Of a stretch of DNA of 64,000 nt, positions 36,558 through 46,674 are shown one piece after another (positions within the stretch are counted from its first letter, which is position 1; the number at the start of each line of letters is the position of its first letter). Position numbers and translations under genes: made by a program. This stretch comes from Chrysochromulina tobinii (taxonomy: Eukaryota). Location of the stretch: the NCBI GenBank assembly GCA_001275005.1, contig JWZX01003318.1:1-64000 (forward strand), written 5' to 3'. A model generated the notes under the pieces. That model ran no database searches. It was not told where the DNA came from and saw nothing but the letters and a program-made list of their open reading frames with translations.

Positions 36558-37293
36558 GAATGAACAAGGACGAGATCGGATCAGATCGAGATCAGATCAG
36601 ATCGAGATCGGATCAGATCGCCTCTGGGGCCCCCCGTCAGCGCGTGTGAGAGGGATGTACGGTGACGGATGTACCGGCAAGGGTAGGGGCAGGCTCCTTC
36701 CGGCGCAGGCGGAGCCGGGTCACGGTCAGTCAGGCCGCAGTCGGGCAGTGGAGGCCCGGCAGTGGTAGCAGCGCTAGCAGCGGTAGCCCCTGGCCCGATG
36801 AGCGATGTGGGTGTGCGATCCAGCGCGGGCAGTGAGATGGGGCGTTGGACATGGCGGTCGCGCGGCCAGTGCCGAGCATGTGACGCGTCGGGTCAGATCC
36901 GAGAGCGAGCAGAGGCCGGGCGCGAGGGTGTGTGCCGTGCGGGGTGTGAGAAGTGAGATCATGTCACTTGTCACTAGCGGGGACCCTGACCCGCTCCTCC
37001 CCTGCCGCCGTGGTCTTCGTGCTGTAAAGGCAAAGCCGAGCGTCCTGTAGGTTTGGTTACGCGGGAGCTCGCGTAAAGTGTTCAGCTATCAAGTGTTACG
37101 TCCTATATAGCCTGAACCTTTTCTTCCGGAGCCGGTGTTCGATATCGACGCCACACGCGCGCGCCGCGCCCCCACAAGCCCACTCTGCCACCCGGCACAT
37201 ACACAAGTCTCATACTACATACACTCTGCCACCCGGCACATACACAAGTCTCATACAAGTCAACCCGACCTCTCCCCACTCGTCCTCAGCTGT

Positions 37294-39825
37294 TCAGCCC
37301 TCTTTCGACTTCGCCTTCGGCACAATGGAGAACCCATCCGAGGACTCGAGTTCAAAGTCGCAGTCGAGGCGTGGACCTTGGAAGGAGCGCATCGCTTGCA
37401 AAACGCCCCTCCTACCCGATTCGGGAATGCGCTCGTTCCCCGACAGGTTGATGTACGCGAGCTTCGGCAGCTGGCCGCTCGTGATCATCTCTGCCAGCTG
37501 CGCGACGCCGATCTCATCCAGATCGTTGCCAGTCATGGAGAGGCTCGTGAGAGGCGTGGGGCAGCTCCGTGCTACCGTCGCGAGCAGCAGCTGCAGGTCC
37601 GAGGAGGTGAGTCCCTTGTTTGGGAGGCTCACAGCCACGCCATTGTCGAGCTCGCCCGTGCTCATCATCCGCCCCTCGCCAAAGTAGCTGAGCCACTTCG
37701 TCGAGCGCTCCGCCAAGAGAGCGCTCGCCGTCCGGTGATCGAAGGGCGCCGGGAGCCCCATATCGAGAGAGCGAAGTTTGGGGGGCGCCCGGGGCGCGCA
37801 ACAGGCCAAGCCGAGAGCGGTGGCGCCTTCGGTGGTGAGCGAGTTCGAGACGAGCGTGAGTGAGGTCAAGTTGGGCAGCTTGCCGCAGTATTCTCCTCGC
37901 AGAGTCGGGCTGGCCATATGGGCGGCGAGCCCCTTGACGAGTGCGTCGGCCGCGGCGGAGGGCACGTTGCTAAAATGGAGTGTGAGCGACTCAACGGTCG
38001 GTGGCAGAGCGTCGGCCAGGTTCTTGGCGAGATAGGCGTCGAGGTCGACGCAGCCCGAGAGATTGGCGCTCAGGTGCGTGAGCGTCGAGGCGCTCAGGGC
38101 GAACAAGCACGTCGTCAGGAGCGTGCCGCCCGTGTCGAAGGCGCGACGGAGCGCCGCGACCGCCACGCGACCGCGCACGGCGGCTGCGAGAGCCTCGGGG
38201 GCCACGCCGGTCTTGTCCATGTGGCCGAGGATGGCGCGCTTGTCGTGCTCGATCGAGGTGTGCGCGTCGTCGACGTTGAGGCTGAGTGCCTGGAAGATGA
38301 GCTCGATGGGGAAGTACGCCTCGCGCTCGGTCTTGTTGGCGGTCTCACCGACGCCATGTGGCCTCACCGCATGTCGGCACGTCGGCCCGAGACCGCGGTC
38401 GATCATCGTCACGCCGTCGGTCAGACCCACGGCATATGTCGGGACCGGCGGCTTGGGCAGACGGCGCTTGCTGAGGTGAGGGTGCGGCGCATACAGGTCG
38501 AGCAGCTTCGGCGGCCGGCCCGGCTGGCGCACGTTGATGGCGAGGAAGAGCTCATAAAGGATCCAAAACCGACGGAAGGCGACGCCGCACCTGTCGACGG
38601 CGACGAGCGTGCCGATTGAGAGCGCCACAGCGCGCGGCATGGCGAAGCGCGCGGGGTCGCTCATCTCGACGGGAGACTCGTCGTGCTGGTTGAGGGCAAA
38701 CGCGGCGATCCAGTACGAGGCCCCGTCCTCAGAGACGCCACGGTCACGCGAATGGCGCTCGAGACATAGAAGCAGGTTGTGGAACGAGTCGCCCCACCAG
38801 TGCACAACTGTCCATGACGGCTGGATCGTAAATTCGGAGCACCGCTCCACGTACGAGCAGTCGCACGAGAGCGTGCACGGCTTGATCACGTACCGCTGCA
38901 GCTCGTACATGTTGAGGCTCGTCGGCTCGAGAAGCTCACCATGAACGTCCATCCAGCCCTCTTGTATGCACCGCTCATTGACGTGGCTCCACAGCTGGCG
39001 TAGCATCGTCAGGGTGATGCCGCGCATCTCGGGCTGCACGATGTGGAGGGGCGCCCGGCCGCAATGCAGCTCCGCCATCTTCGTGGTGACGGCGAAGTTG
39101 GGCTTCACAAGGGAGAGCAGCATGCCGAAGCCCTCGGTACTCTGTCCGACGACCCCACTCCCGTCGAAGCCAGCGGCGTGGAAGCATTTGCGCCACTCGT
39201 CGCAGGAGATCTCGCCGTTGCCGTCCGTGTCGATCTTGCCGAGCAGCTCCTCGACCTTGTCGTTGTCGAGGGGCGAGTGCTTGAAGAACTGGCGTAGCTC
39301 GTCGATGGAAAGTTGCCCACTGCCATCGACGTCGATCACCTTGAAGATGATGTCGGGCGTTGTCCACGAACGGTACGGCAGGTCGACGCCGTAGCTCGTC
39401 CTATATGCAGCAGTTTTGCGCATCCAGTCTTTGGTCACCTTCCTCGTCGCCGGAGGCGAGCCGCTGCGCTCTGAACGTGGTGAACCTTTTGGCGGCACCT
39501 CGATCGTTGCATTGGAAGGGAGCGATGAGCCGCTCGCAGCCGAACCTCGCGGTGAGCGCTGCGTCTCAGCTGCTGCGGCGTGACGGCGCGGTGAGCCGCT
39601 CGCAGCCGAACCTCGAGGCGAACGCGGAGTCTCCATCACTGGGTACCCGACTGCTGTTGGAGGGCGCGGTGACATGTTCGGGCTCTGGCTTGGAAGATGG
39701 GTTGGTCCGTATGGCGGCTTGCGCGGCGATTCCAGCGCGGTGATCGCGTGGATAACACGACCCGGGAGGGCCGGGAGTCGCGGCGATTGGATGCGCGGCG
39801 AGAGCGGCGTTTGGGCGCCTTGCAT
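37294..39825 (-). CDS. EF-hand pair + HET/TIR-like domain + leucine-rich repeats
   Basis: EF loops DVDGSGQLSIDE and DTDGNGEISCDE. Central motifs WTVVHWWG, YWIAAFALNQH, FRRFWILYE. RI-type LRRs LTSLTLVSNSL, LTSLSMTGNDL, LAYINLSGN. Start uncertain. Confidence 0.72.
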   Translation of the reverse strand: MQGAQTPLSPRIQSPRLPALPGRVIHAITALESPRKPPYGPTHLPSQSPNMSPRPPTAVGYPVMETPRSPRGSAASGSPRRHAAAAETQRSPRGSAASGSSLPSNATIEVPPKGSPRSERSGSPPATRKVTKDWMRKTAAYRTSYGVDLPYRSWTTPDIIFKVIDVDGSGQLSIDELRQFFKHSPLDNDKVEELLGKIDTDGNGEISCDEWRKCFHAAGFDGSGVVGQSTEGFGMLLSLVKPNFAVTTKMAELHCGRAPLHIVQPEMRGITLTMLRQLWSHVNERCIQEGWMDVHGELLEPTSLNMYELQRYVIKPCTLSCDCSYVERCSEFTIQPSWTVVHWWGDSFHNLLLCLERHSRDRGVSEDGASYWIAAFALNQHDESPVEMSDPARFAMPRAVALSIGTLVAVDRCGVAFRRFWILYELFLAINVRQPGRPPKLLDLYAPHPHLSKRRLPKPPVPTYAVGLTDGVTMIDRGLGPTCRHAVRPHGVGETANKTEREAYFPIELIFQALSLNVDDAHTSIEHDKRAILGHMDKTGVAPEALAAAVRGRVAVAALRRAFDTGGTLLTTCLFALSASTLTHLSANLSGCVDLDAYLAKNLADALPPTVESLTLHFSNVPSAAADALVKGLAAHMASPTLRGEYCGKLPNLTSLTLVSNSLTTEGATALGLACCAPRAPPKLRSLDMGLPAPFDHRTASALLAERSTKWLSYFGEGRMMSTGELDNGVAVSLPNKGLTSSDLQLLLATVARSCPTPLTSLSMTGNDLDEIGVAQLAEMITSGQLPKLAYINLSGNERIPESGRRGVLQAMRSFQGPRLDCDFELESSDGFSIVPKAKSKEG

Positions 39826-39960
39826 CGGTCTGAGAGAGTCTTCGAAACAGTGAACCGACAAACAACGCAGGAGAAAAAGTGCATGCCACTCGACGAAAGC
39901 CTCGTCCAACCCAAACGAAAACCCCTAATAAGGATCACTACAACCCACCAGTGGGTCGCC

Positions 39961-40836
39961 CTACTTCTTGGCCTTGCCGGCCGGGGGCACCTGCGAGAAG
40001 GCGGCGGCAAAGCCATCGGCAAGCTGCACGTGCGCCGGCGTGGCGGCCGCGCTGTAGCCCACGCGCGACTTGCAGCCCGTCAGCTCAATCTCATCAAACC
40101 CCTCGGCAAACTCGGGCGTGTCAAACTTGAGTTCCTCTCCCTTGACCGGATGGTAGACGGGCCCCGCAATTGCCATGACCGGAGCCGCGCTCGACTGGCC
40201 GCCCTCGAGTTTCTCGAATGCGCCGACGGCGTTGGCTGAGGCGTCGACCTTCTTGGCGCCGACCTGGCCCTTCCCCTTGAGAGGCGGCTTCTCCTTGATG
40301 CGTGGGCCGAAGATGTCTGCCTCGCACTTCTCGAGGACCGCGTACACGTAGTGCGAGAGCAGCAGGATCACGCCGCAGAACGCAAAGAAGGCGGGGAGCA
40401 CGCGATCGGTGAGCGCCCACGCGTGGTCGACGCGCGTGTCCGGGCCGGACATGTATACGTCTGTCTCGGCGTCCTCATTCGTGTCCTCGAGCCGCGCTGG
40501 CCGCCACCGGGCGTCGTAGCCTCCCTGCTGCCACACACCGCCAAGTAGCTCAAGTCGCTTGCACTGACCGAAAATGTCCTCGTACGAGCGCATGTCCCAA
40601 GGTGCGTCCGCCACGAGAACGCACGGAAACGAGCGATCGTCCATCACGGCGAGCAAGTCGAAGCCAAGCACCGAGTGCCTTGCCTGCGCTATCGGCACTT
40701 GCCTCAAGAAACCAATCGCCAAGAGCGACAGGGAGATTGCAAAGCACGTGCGGGAGGCCACGAGAAAGCCATTCTCGTCCCGGCGACCCTCGTCGTCGTA
40801 CATGACCGTGTCCATGGGCGCGAGCGCAGAGTCCAT
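39961..40836 (-). CDS. Hypothetical two-TM membrane protein
   Basis: Hydrophobic segments CFAISLSLLAIGFL and LPAFFAFCGVILLLSHYVY; codon bias like neighbouring genes. Confidence 0.55.
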   Translation of the reverse strand: MDSALAPMDTVMYDDEGRRDENGFLVASRTCFAISLSLLAIGFLRQVPIAQARHSVLGFDLLAVMDDRSFPCVLVADAPWDMRSYEDIFGQCKRLELLGGVWQQGGYDARWRPARLEDTNEDAETDVYMSGPDTRVDHAWALTDRVLPAFFAFCGVILLLSHYVYAVLEKCEADIFGPRIKEKPPLKGKGQVGAKKVDASANAVGAFEKLEGGQSSAAPVMAIAGPVYHPVKGEELKFDTPEFAEGFDEIELTGCKSRVGYSAAATPAHVQLADGFAAAFSQVPPAGKAKK

Positions 40837-41076
40837 TCTTCCGAGGTGGGGACGAGGAAATGACAAATTTGGAAATTAGAGCATGCACCTCGCATGTAAA
40901 TAGACGTGGAGGGAGGCCGGTTGCGCCTGATCGTGGCTGGTGTAGCTGATTGTGCCTGATAATGTGAAATCTTTGAGCCGGTTACAAAACTTGGTGCGCT
41001 TTAACGGAACTCCCATCGACGGCCAACGCAACCGTCCGTCCACAGATGGCATGTAATCGCCCCGAAAGCGACGCTG

Positions 41077-41753
41077 ATGGCCGCGCTCGTGTCGACGCGC
41101 GATGGAACCAACGACCAAGAGATCTGGGATCAGATGGCAGACGAGCTCGTCGAGTGTATCGCTGCATATCTCGTCCCTGGGTCCTTGGAGAGCCCGTGGC
41201 TGTCTCGGCCTCTCAGTGACGTGAGCAGCTACTATGCTCAATCGAGCATCGGCGCTGCACACTGGATGCAGCTCAGCAAGGCTCTCTTCCGGCGTGGGCA
41301 GCGCAACAAATGGGAACTGTCGCTGCAACGCAATCGCCGGTGCCGCATTGAGACTACCGCCTGCTGCCGCATTCTCGAGTGCCAAAGTGCTGGACAATAT
41401 GACTGTGAGATGCCGAACTCAAAGTCTATGCGGTGTCACGCGCCCATGCGCTGACCGTGCCCGGACCTATCGTAATTTACGCAGGGCCACTCGAGGTGCT
41501 CAAGCTGCGCGCGTCGAAGGCCGCGGACAGCGTTCAGCTCAGCCACTCCGTTCCGATTGCACGGCGGACTCTGCGTGCGGCCTTTTGTGCTGTTGCGATG
41601 GAGGTGCACCCGGATCGGCTGAACACCCCGTTGGCGGCGCAGGCAATGATCGTGCTCAATGAGGCGTACAGACAGGCGGTCATCATGTTCGCCGAGCGGG
41701 ACACGAACGACGTCATCCAGCTCGACGCGCTCGGTCTGCAACACGTCGTGTGA
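41077..41753 (+). pseudogene. Frameshifted small gene: F-box-like N-terminus + J-domain-like (HPD) C-terminus
   Basis: IWDQMADELVECIAAYL in one frame. LRAAFCAVAMEVHPDRLNTPLAAQAMIVLNEAY in another frame after ~41410. Confidence 0.45.
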
Positions 41754-42354
41754 GGCTGAACGACTACGCCCGACGTCGCTCGCATGCAATCCGCGAGATC
41801 GAGTGCAGTGCCGTAAGGGCCCAGTCGCACATGGTGCTCCGGCCGTGCCTTGCGCCAATGCGGCGCCCACGGTCGCCATGTTGTAGATGTCGAGTACGGA
41901 GTAGAGCCGCGACCGCGTCGCGCGTCGAGCGTGCTCAAGTCGCGCCCGACAGCAGATGCAGCAGCTCAGATATATAGGGCACACTGTAGGGCAGCACGAG
42001 AGGTTCAATCACAGATTACATCACAGGTACAGCAGGAGCGGTCGATCATAAGAAACAGTCTATTAGTTCGGTTTTAAAGCCTGTGACCCCGGTGTCGTGT
42101 GTGTCCGGTCGGGTCTGTTTCGGTTATATCTCTTAATAGTAGTCTATTCCGTCAATCATCATGATCTCTAGCGCGGCAGGTCTAGAAGTTGTGTAATATG
42201 TATAGAAAGATATGTTTGCATCCGAGCGGCCCAGTACGTCGCACCTATCTCTCACTCGTCGCGGGCCAAAGGCACTGGAGCGCGCAGCAAAAGCTCGTCC
42301 GACGTCGGCGGTCTATTACAGTTCATCTTACAGTCAGTGAGCTCTGGTTACTGC

Positions 42355-43533
42355 TTATGACGTTGTGGCGCGTCCCACATTCGAGACACCCAACTTCTTG
42401 AGCAGGTGGTCGCCCGCGCTTACAGGCGCGTACTTTGGCGGGTGACCCTCGTCGACGCACGTGGGCATTGCCTCGATAACAGCTTCATCACGCGGTCCCG
42501 TGAAGAAGGGGATGGAGAGGCGCGGCGCGGAGGCGGCGGCGGAGCCGGGCGGAGGTTTCATGACGCGATGCACTGTCGAGCGCCACCGGCCATTCGTCCA
42601 GATCTCGTACAAGTCGCCGATGTTTACCACAAAGGCGCCCGCTGTCGGTGGGACCGCGTGCCACTCTCCTGTTTGCAGTCGCACCTGCAGGCCGCCGGCA
42701 GCCAGGTCGCCGACGTCGGCCTCGTCCTGGTGGAGGATGGTGAAGCCGGTGTAGTCGGTGTGCTCGCCGTAGCGCACCGCCGACGACTCCTGCGCCTCCG
42801 GCGACAGCGGCGGGTAGTACGCTAGCCGGAGAGAGTAATGTCCAGCCGGTGAGTAGAAAGGCTCGAAGAAATCGGCTGGCAGACCTAGGCTGGCGGCGGT
42901 GAGCTTGTGGAGTGTCTCCAGGACGCGAAGGAGCGCCGCGTAGTAAGCCGCGCCAGCCTCCTCCAGCACCGCTGGCTTCGGCTTAGGCGACTCCGGCTTG
43001 AAGATGAATGACTCAACGAGATCGGGCAAGGCGCCAGCATGGTCGGCGCCTCCGTCGGATCCGTGCTTGTCGCGCGTGCGAGATACGGCCTCGGTACCCA
43101 TGCCGGTGAAGCCGCCGAATGGGTTGCCATACGGGCCGTAGTTGTACACGTTCTTCGATGCCAGATCGTCGGCGAAGAAGCCCATTGCACCATCGCGCAA
43201 TGCTGAGATCGTGTGCGGAGGCACGCCATGGCCCGTGATGATGGCAAAGCCGACGTGCATCATCGCCGAATCCCACTGCTCGGCGACTTGACGCCGCGCC
43301 TCGTCGGCATGCGCCGCCTCGTCGACGAAGGGAGAGATGTCCACGATGGGCACCACAGCAGACGTGGTCTGCTTCACTTTATCGCCCGCACACTTGGACA
43401 GGATGTCGCAGATGCCCATGATGGGCTTAGCTGGGCGGGTGCGGAGCACCTCGGACACCGCCGCGGCTAACGCCTCCTGGACGCCGTGCGCAGCAAGATA
43501 GTCGCGCCCCGAAAGTGCCGACGAGACAGCCAT
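42355..43533 (-). CDS. 2-oxoglutarate/Fe(II) dioxygenase (IPNS/DIOX family) with N-terminal Dpy-30-like motif
   Basis: VPIVDISPF, GFAIITGHGV, LRLAYYP, EHTDY (HxD), VVNIGDL...WTNGRWRSTVHRV, RLSIPFF. Confidence 0.93.
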   Translation of the reverse strand: MAVSSALSGRDYLAAHGVQEALAAAVSEVLRTRPAKPIMGICDILSKCAGDKVKQTTSAVVPIVDISPFVDEAAHADEARRQVAEQWDSAMMHVGFAIITGHGVPPHTISALRDGAMGFFADDLASKNVYNYGPYGNPFGGFTGMGTEAVSRTRDKHGSDGGADHAGALPDLVESFIFKPESPKPKPAVLEEAGAAYYAALLRVLETLHKLTAASLGLPADFFEPFYSPAGHYSLRLAYYPPLSPEAQESSAVRYGEHTDYTGFTILHQDEADVGDLAAGGLQVRLQTGEWHAVPPTAGAFVVNIGDLYEIWTNGRWRSTVHRVMKPPPGSAAASAPRLSIPFFTGPRDEAVIEAMPTCVDEGHPPKYAPVSAGDHLLKKLGVSNVGRATTS

Positions 43534-43539
43534 TCTGTA

Positions 43540-43595
43540 CAGTGTTTGTCATAAGTCCTGACCCCCTGGGTGGGGTGGGGTGGGGTGGGGTCCGC
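43540..43595 (+). repeat. Left TIR
   Basis: CAGTGTTTGTCATAAGTCCTGACCCCCTGGG(TGGGG)4TCCGC. Confidence 0.97.
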
Positions 43596-43641
43596 CGAAG
43601 TGGCCGATCGCGCTCTGCGCCTCTCTCGCCCCGACGTTCTC

Positions 43642-45736
43642 ATGGCGTCGGCTGCCCCGGGCAAGGCTCGATGCGCGGAGCTCTTCCCGCCCGGCAACCG
43701 TCACCTGGTGATCTTGGGCAACTTCGACGAATCGTACCGAGACCCAGCAAATCAGCCAGACCCGCCCGTGGAGTCGCAGTGGGAGGTCGTGCATGTTGCG
43801 ATCAAGTACATCACCATCAAGCGGCGTGAGGCTGAGAACGAGGGGCAGACCATCAAACTGGAGTTCGCCGCCTTCCTCGAGCTCTACGACCTCGTCAACG
43901 CGCGCGTTGTCAAAGCGAGTGTCCCCTCTAAGCCCGACGTGCGCTTGTACGTCTACTGTGATCGTCCAGGCCCGTTCGCCTGCTCGGTCCTCCAAGGTGA
44001 TGTGCTCCCGATCGAGCCACTGCGGTGCTTGCACGAGATGTCCGATGCGGTATCGGCCGTCAAAGAGGTGTTCGATGCGACTTCGGTGCCGAAGCTGAAC
44101 TGGCTGTGCTGCCTGCGTCATGTTCTCGAGGCGAGGGTGTGCCTACACGGCGGCTCCGAGCTGTATGGAGATCGCCCCTGCTCCGTGCAAGTCAAGCCGC
44201 TGGACTTCATAGGCGAGGTCTTGATCCCCGACCTGGGCGCGAAGAAGATGAAGTCTGCGGGCAAGTTCATGCCTGTGGCCACGGCGGATTCTTTGATGCG
44301 GCTACTCACGCGTGCCGAGGTGGAGTCGCTCAACCTCGCGCTCGTTGTTCGCTTCTCGAAGGGGTCCCCACCGAAGCCCGACGTGGTGCCGTCTGCGTGC
44401 GAGACCTTGGTGGACGAGCTCTCTGAGGCCTTTAAGACCACTCGCCCCGACATGATGCTGGACCTGCCGCCCCTGGCGGCTCCGGACACGTACGGTGGTC
44501 TCGGTGAGAAGACGCCGCGCACGGGCATGGGCGCATCACAGGCTCCAGCAGGCAGCAGCGGTGTGAAGGGCCGCGCGAAGCGCTCCAAGTCGGGCGAGAA
44601 GCCGAAGGCGGAGAAGAAGAGCAAGGAGAAGAAGAAGAAGAAGAAGATGGGCAGCGAGGAGCTCGAGCTCCTCGGCCAGGTTCGTGACGAGATTCTCGAC
44701 GTCTCGAAGGCGCATCGGTCGGTGGCCGGTCACTGCTCCATCCTCCTCGAGATCGTGCGCAAAATTCACAACCCCGACCACGTGCTCAAGGGCATCAACG
44801 GCGCGTATGAGAAGTACAAGCACCATCTCGAGTGCCGCATGCGCGCTCTGGACAAGACGGGCATTATGGGGGGCGACGAGAAGACGGAGCACGTCTTCAA
44901 GGCGCCCACCGACTCAAACGGCAAGAACTGCTCGCGTCTCGAGCAGTCAACGCAGGAGTTTCTTTTCCAGTCCACCAAGGTCTTGAAGATCTTCATCGAC
45001 ATCCGCCCCACGCTTTATGCAGCAGGCGCCGCTGCAGCAGCCGCAGCAGGAGCAGCAGATCCAGCAGCCCTGGCAGCAGCAGTTCCAGCAGCAGCAGCAG
45101 CAGTTCCAGCAGCAGCAGCAGCTGCTGCTGATGCAGCTGATGCAGCAGCAGGTGCAACCGGTCTGGCAGCAGCAGGTGCCGCTCTGGCAGCTGCAGCCGC
45201 AGCAGCCGCCGCCGCTGCAGCAGCCGCCGTTCTCGCAGCAGCCCTGGCAGCAGCCCTGGCAGCAGCCCGTGCAGCAGCCCGTGCAGCAGCCCTGGCAGCC
45301 GCCCGTGCAGCAGCCCTGGCAGCCCTGGCAGCCGCCGTCGACACACGAGAAGCGCTTTGGCCGTGATGGAATTGCATACTCCTTCTCGGAGTTCGTACAG
45401 TGGTATGGCGCATCGGCCAAGGATGAGTGGGGGGCTGCCGCGCTTGCCTTTCGGCAGGTTCCGACACCCCAAGATAAGCAGCAGCCGTCTGTCGACGAAG
45501 GACGGGGACAGAGCGCAGGGCCCAGCACTCCTCTGCACGATGAGCCCCCGTCCAAGCCCCCCACGGTCGGAGCCCGCGACGGTGTCGACTCCGATGACTC
45601 CGATGACGACGAGGACGACGAGGACGACGAGGACGACGAGGACGACGAGGACGACGAGGACGACGAGGACGAGTACGAGTACGAGGACGAGGACGAGGGC
45701 GAGGACGAGGACGAGGACGTGGACGAGGACGTGTAG
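43642..45736 (+). CDS. Transposon cargo protein of unknown function (~697 aa after removing one T at 45014-45016)
   Basis: Globular N-terminal ~270 aa, poly-Lys NLS-like tract, helical region, Q/P/W repeats (QQPWQQP), small motif EKRFGRDGIAYSFSEFVQWYG, and a long D/E tail. Confidence 0.72.
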
Positions 45737-46674
45737 GACGAGTGGCCCTCATCACTCTGGTCCATTCGCGGCGCACACTCCGGGCTACCCTCGGCGGCGG
45801 CATGGAGCAGACGTCAGCACAGCGGAGGGTGCCTGCATCGAGCGCGCTCGAGGCGCGAGGCGCTCTAACACACCTACACAGTGTTTGTCACTTGTGTAAG
45901 TCATTAAATTTTAAATAGAAGAAAGGATGGTCGGTTTTTGTCGTTTCGGCAAGCCTCCGCTCCAAAAGGACAAGCGTTTGAGGCGCGAAGCCCGGCCTGT
46001 GGGACGTATCGCGGACGCCCGCCGTCTACATTAGCGAAATATAAGAGGACTGTACCCCTTTTTGGATTGGCCGATAATTCCTACAGAGTTCAAATCGTAT
46101 ATCTATTATGTCCCCCGCGCGCTTCTTTTTTGATGACTCTGTGAAATTTTATCCGAGACTTTCGTCTTGGCGCGATTCGCCAGTGGACGGTGGCGGGTGC
46201 TGGTATTGCAGTACGTCTTAGGAGAGCCCGCTGCTACCCTTTGTGGAGCGGTGATGGTCATCCGTAGGCCGAACCTACCAGCAGCCGTGCTGTCCCTAGG
46301 CCAAGGAGAAGGCCGTCGATGGCGGTCGAGACGCCCATCTCGCAGTCCTTCCATCCATCACCTTCCGCAACGCATGCGTGCCGTGCAGGTGAGTGTGATT
46401 GACCAGCTGCAGCACAGATGCACACGTGCACACTGAGTGCCGCCTCCTCTCGGGCGTCTATGATGTCGTGTGTCGTGAGCGCAGCACACGACGGGCAAGA
46501 CAATCATCAATCTAACGTAGGAACTTGAAACTTCAAGTCGCGTCGTCCACTACGTAAACTTCCGAATACTTACCGAATTCTTCTGAACTGAACGCAGAAA
46601 TCCGGCCGGCTGAACCGCCGCGCGTTCACGTCAGCGCTGTTGCAGAATTCAATCCACTTGAGCTCAGAACCACT

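Noticed and set aside
36570..36620. (AGATC)n tract, and (ACTG)n at ~31550
   Set aside because: Ordinary simple repeats in UTR or intergenic DNA.
43642..45736. Cargo as a Fanzor/TnpB RNA-guided nuclease
   Set aside because: No RuvC D-E-D motifs or CxxC zinc ribbon recognisable, and the gene does not abut the element end.
45900..46670. Possible ncRNA between cargo and transposase
   Set aside because: No recognisable motif or clear structure by eye; may be just two 3' UTRs. Needs covariation data.
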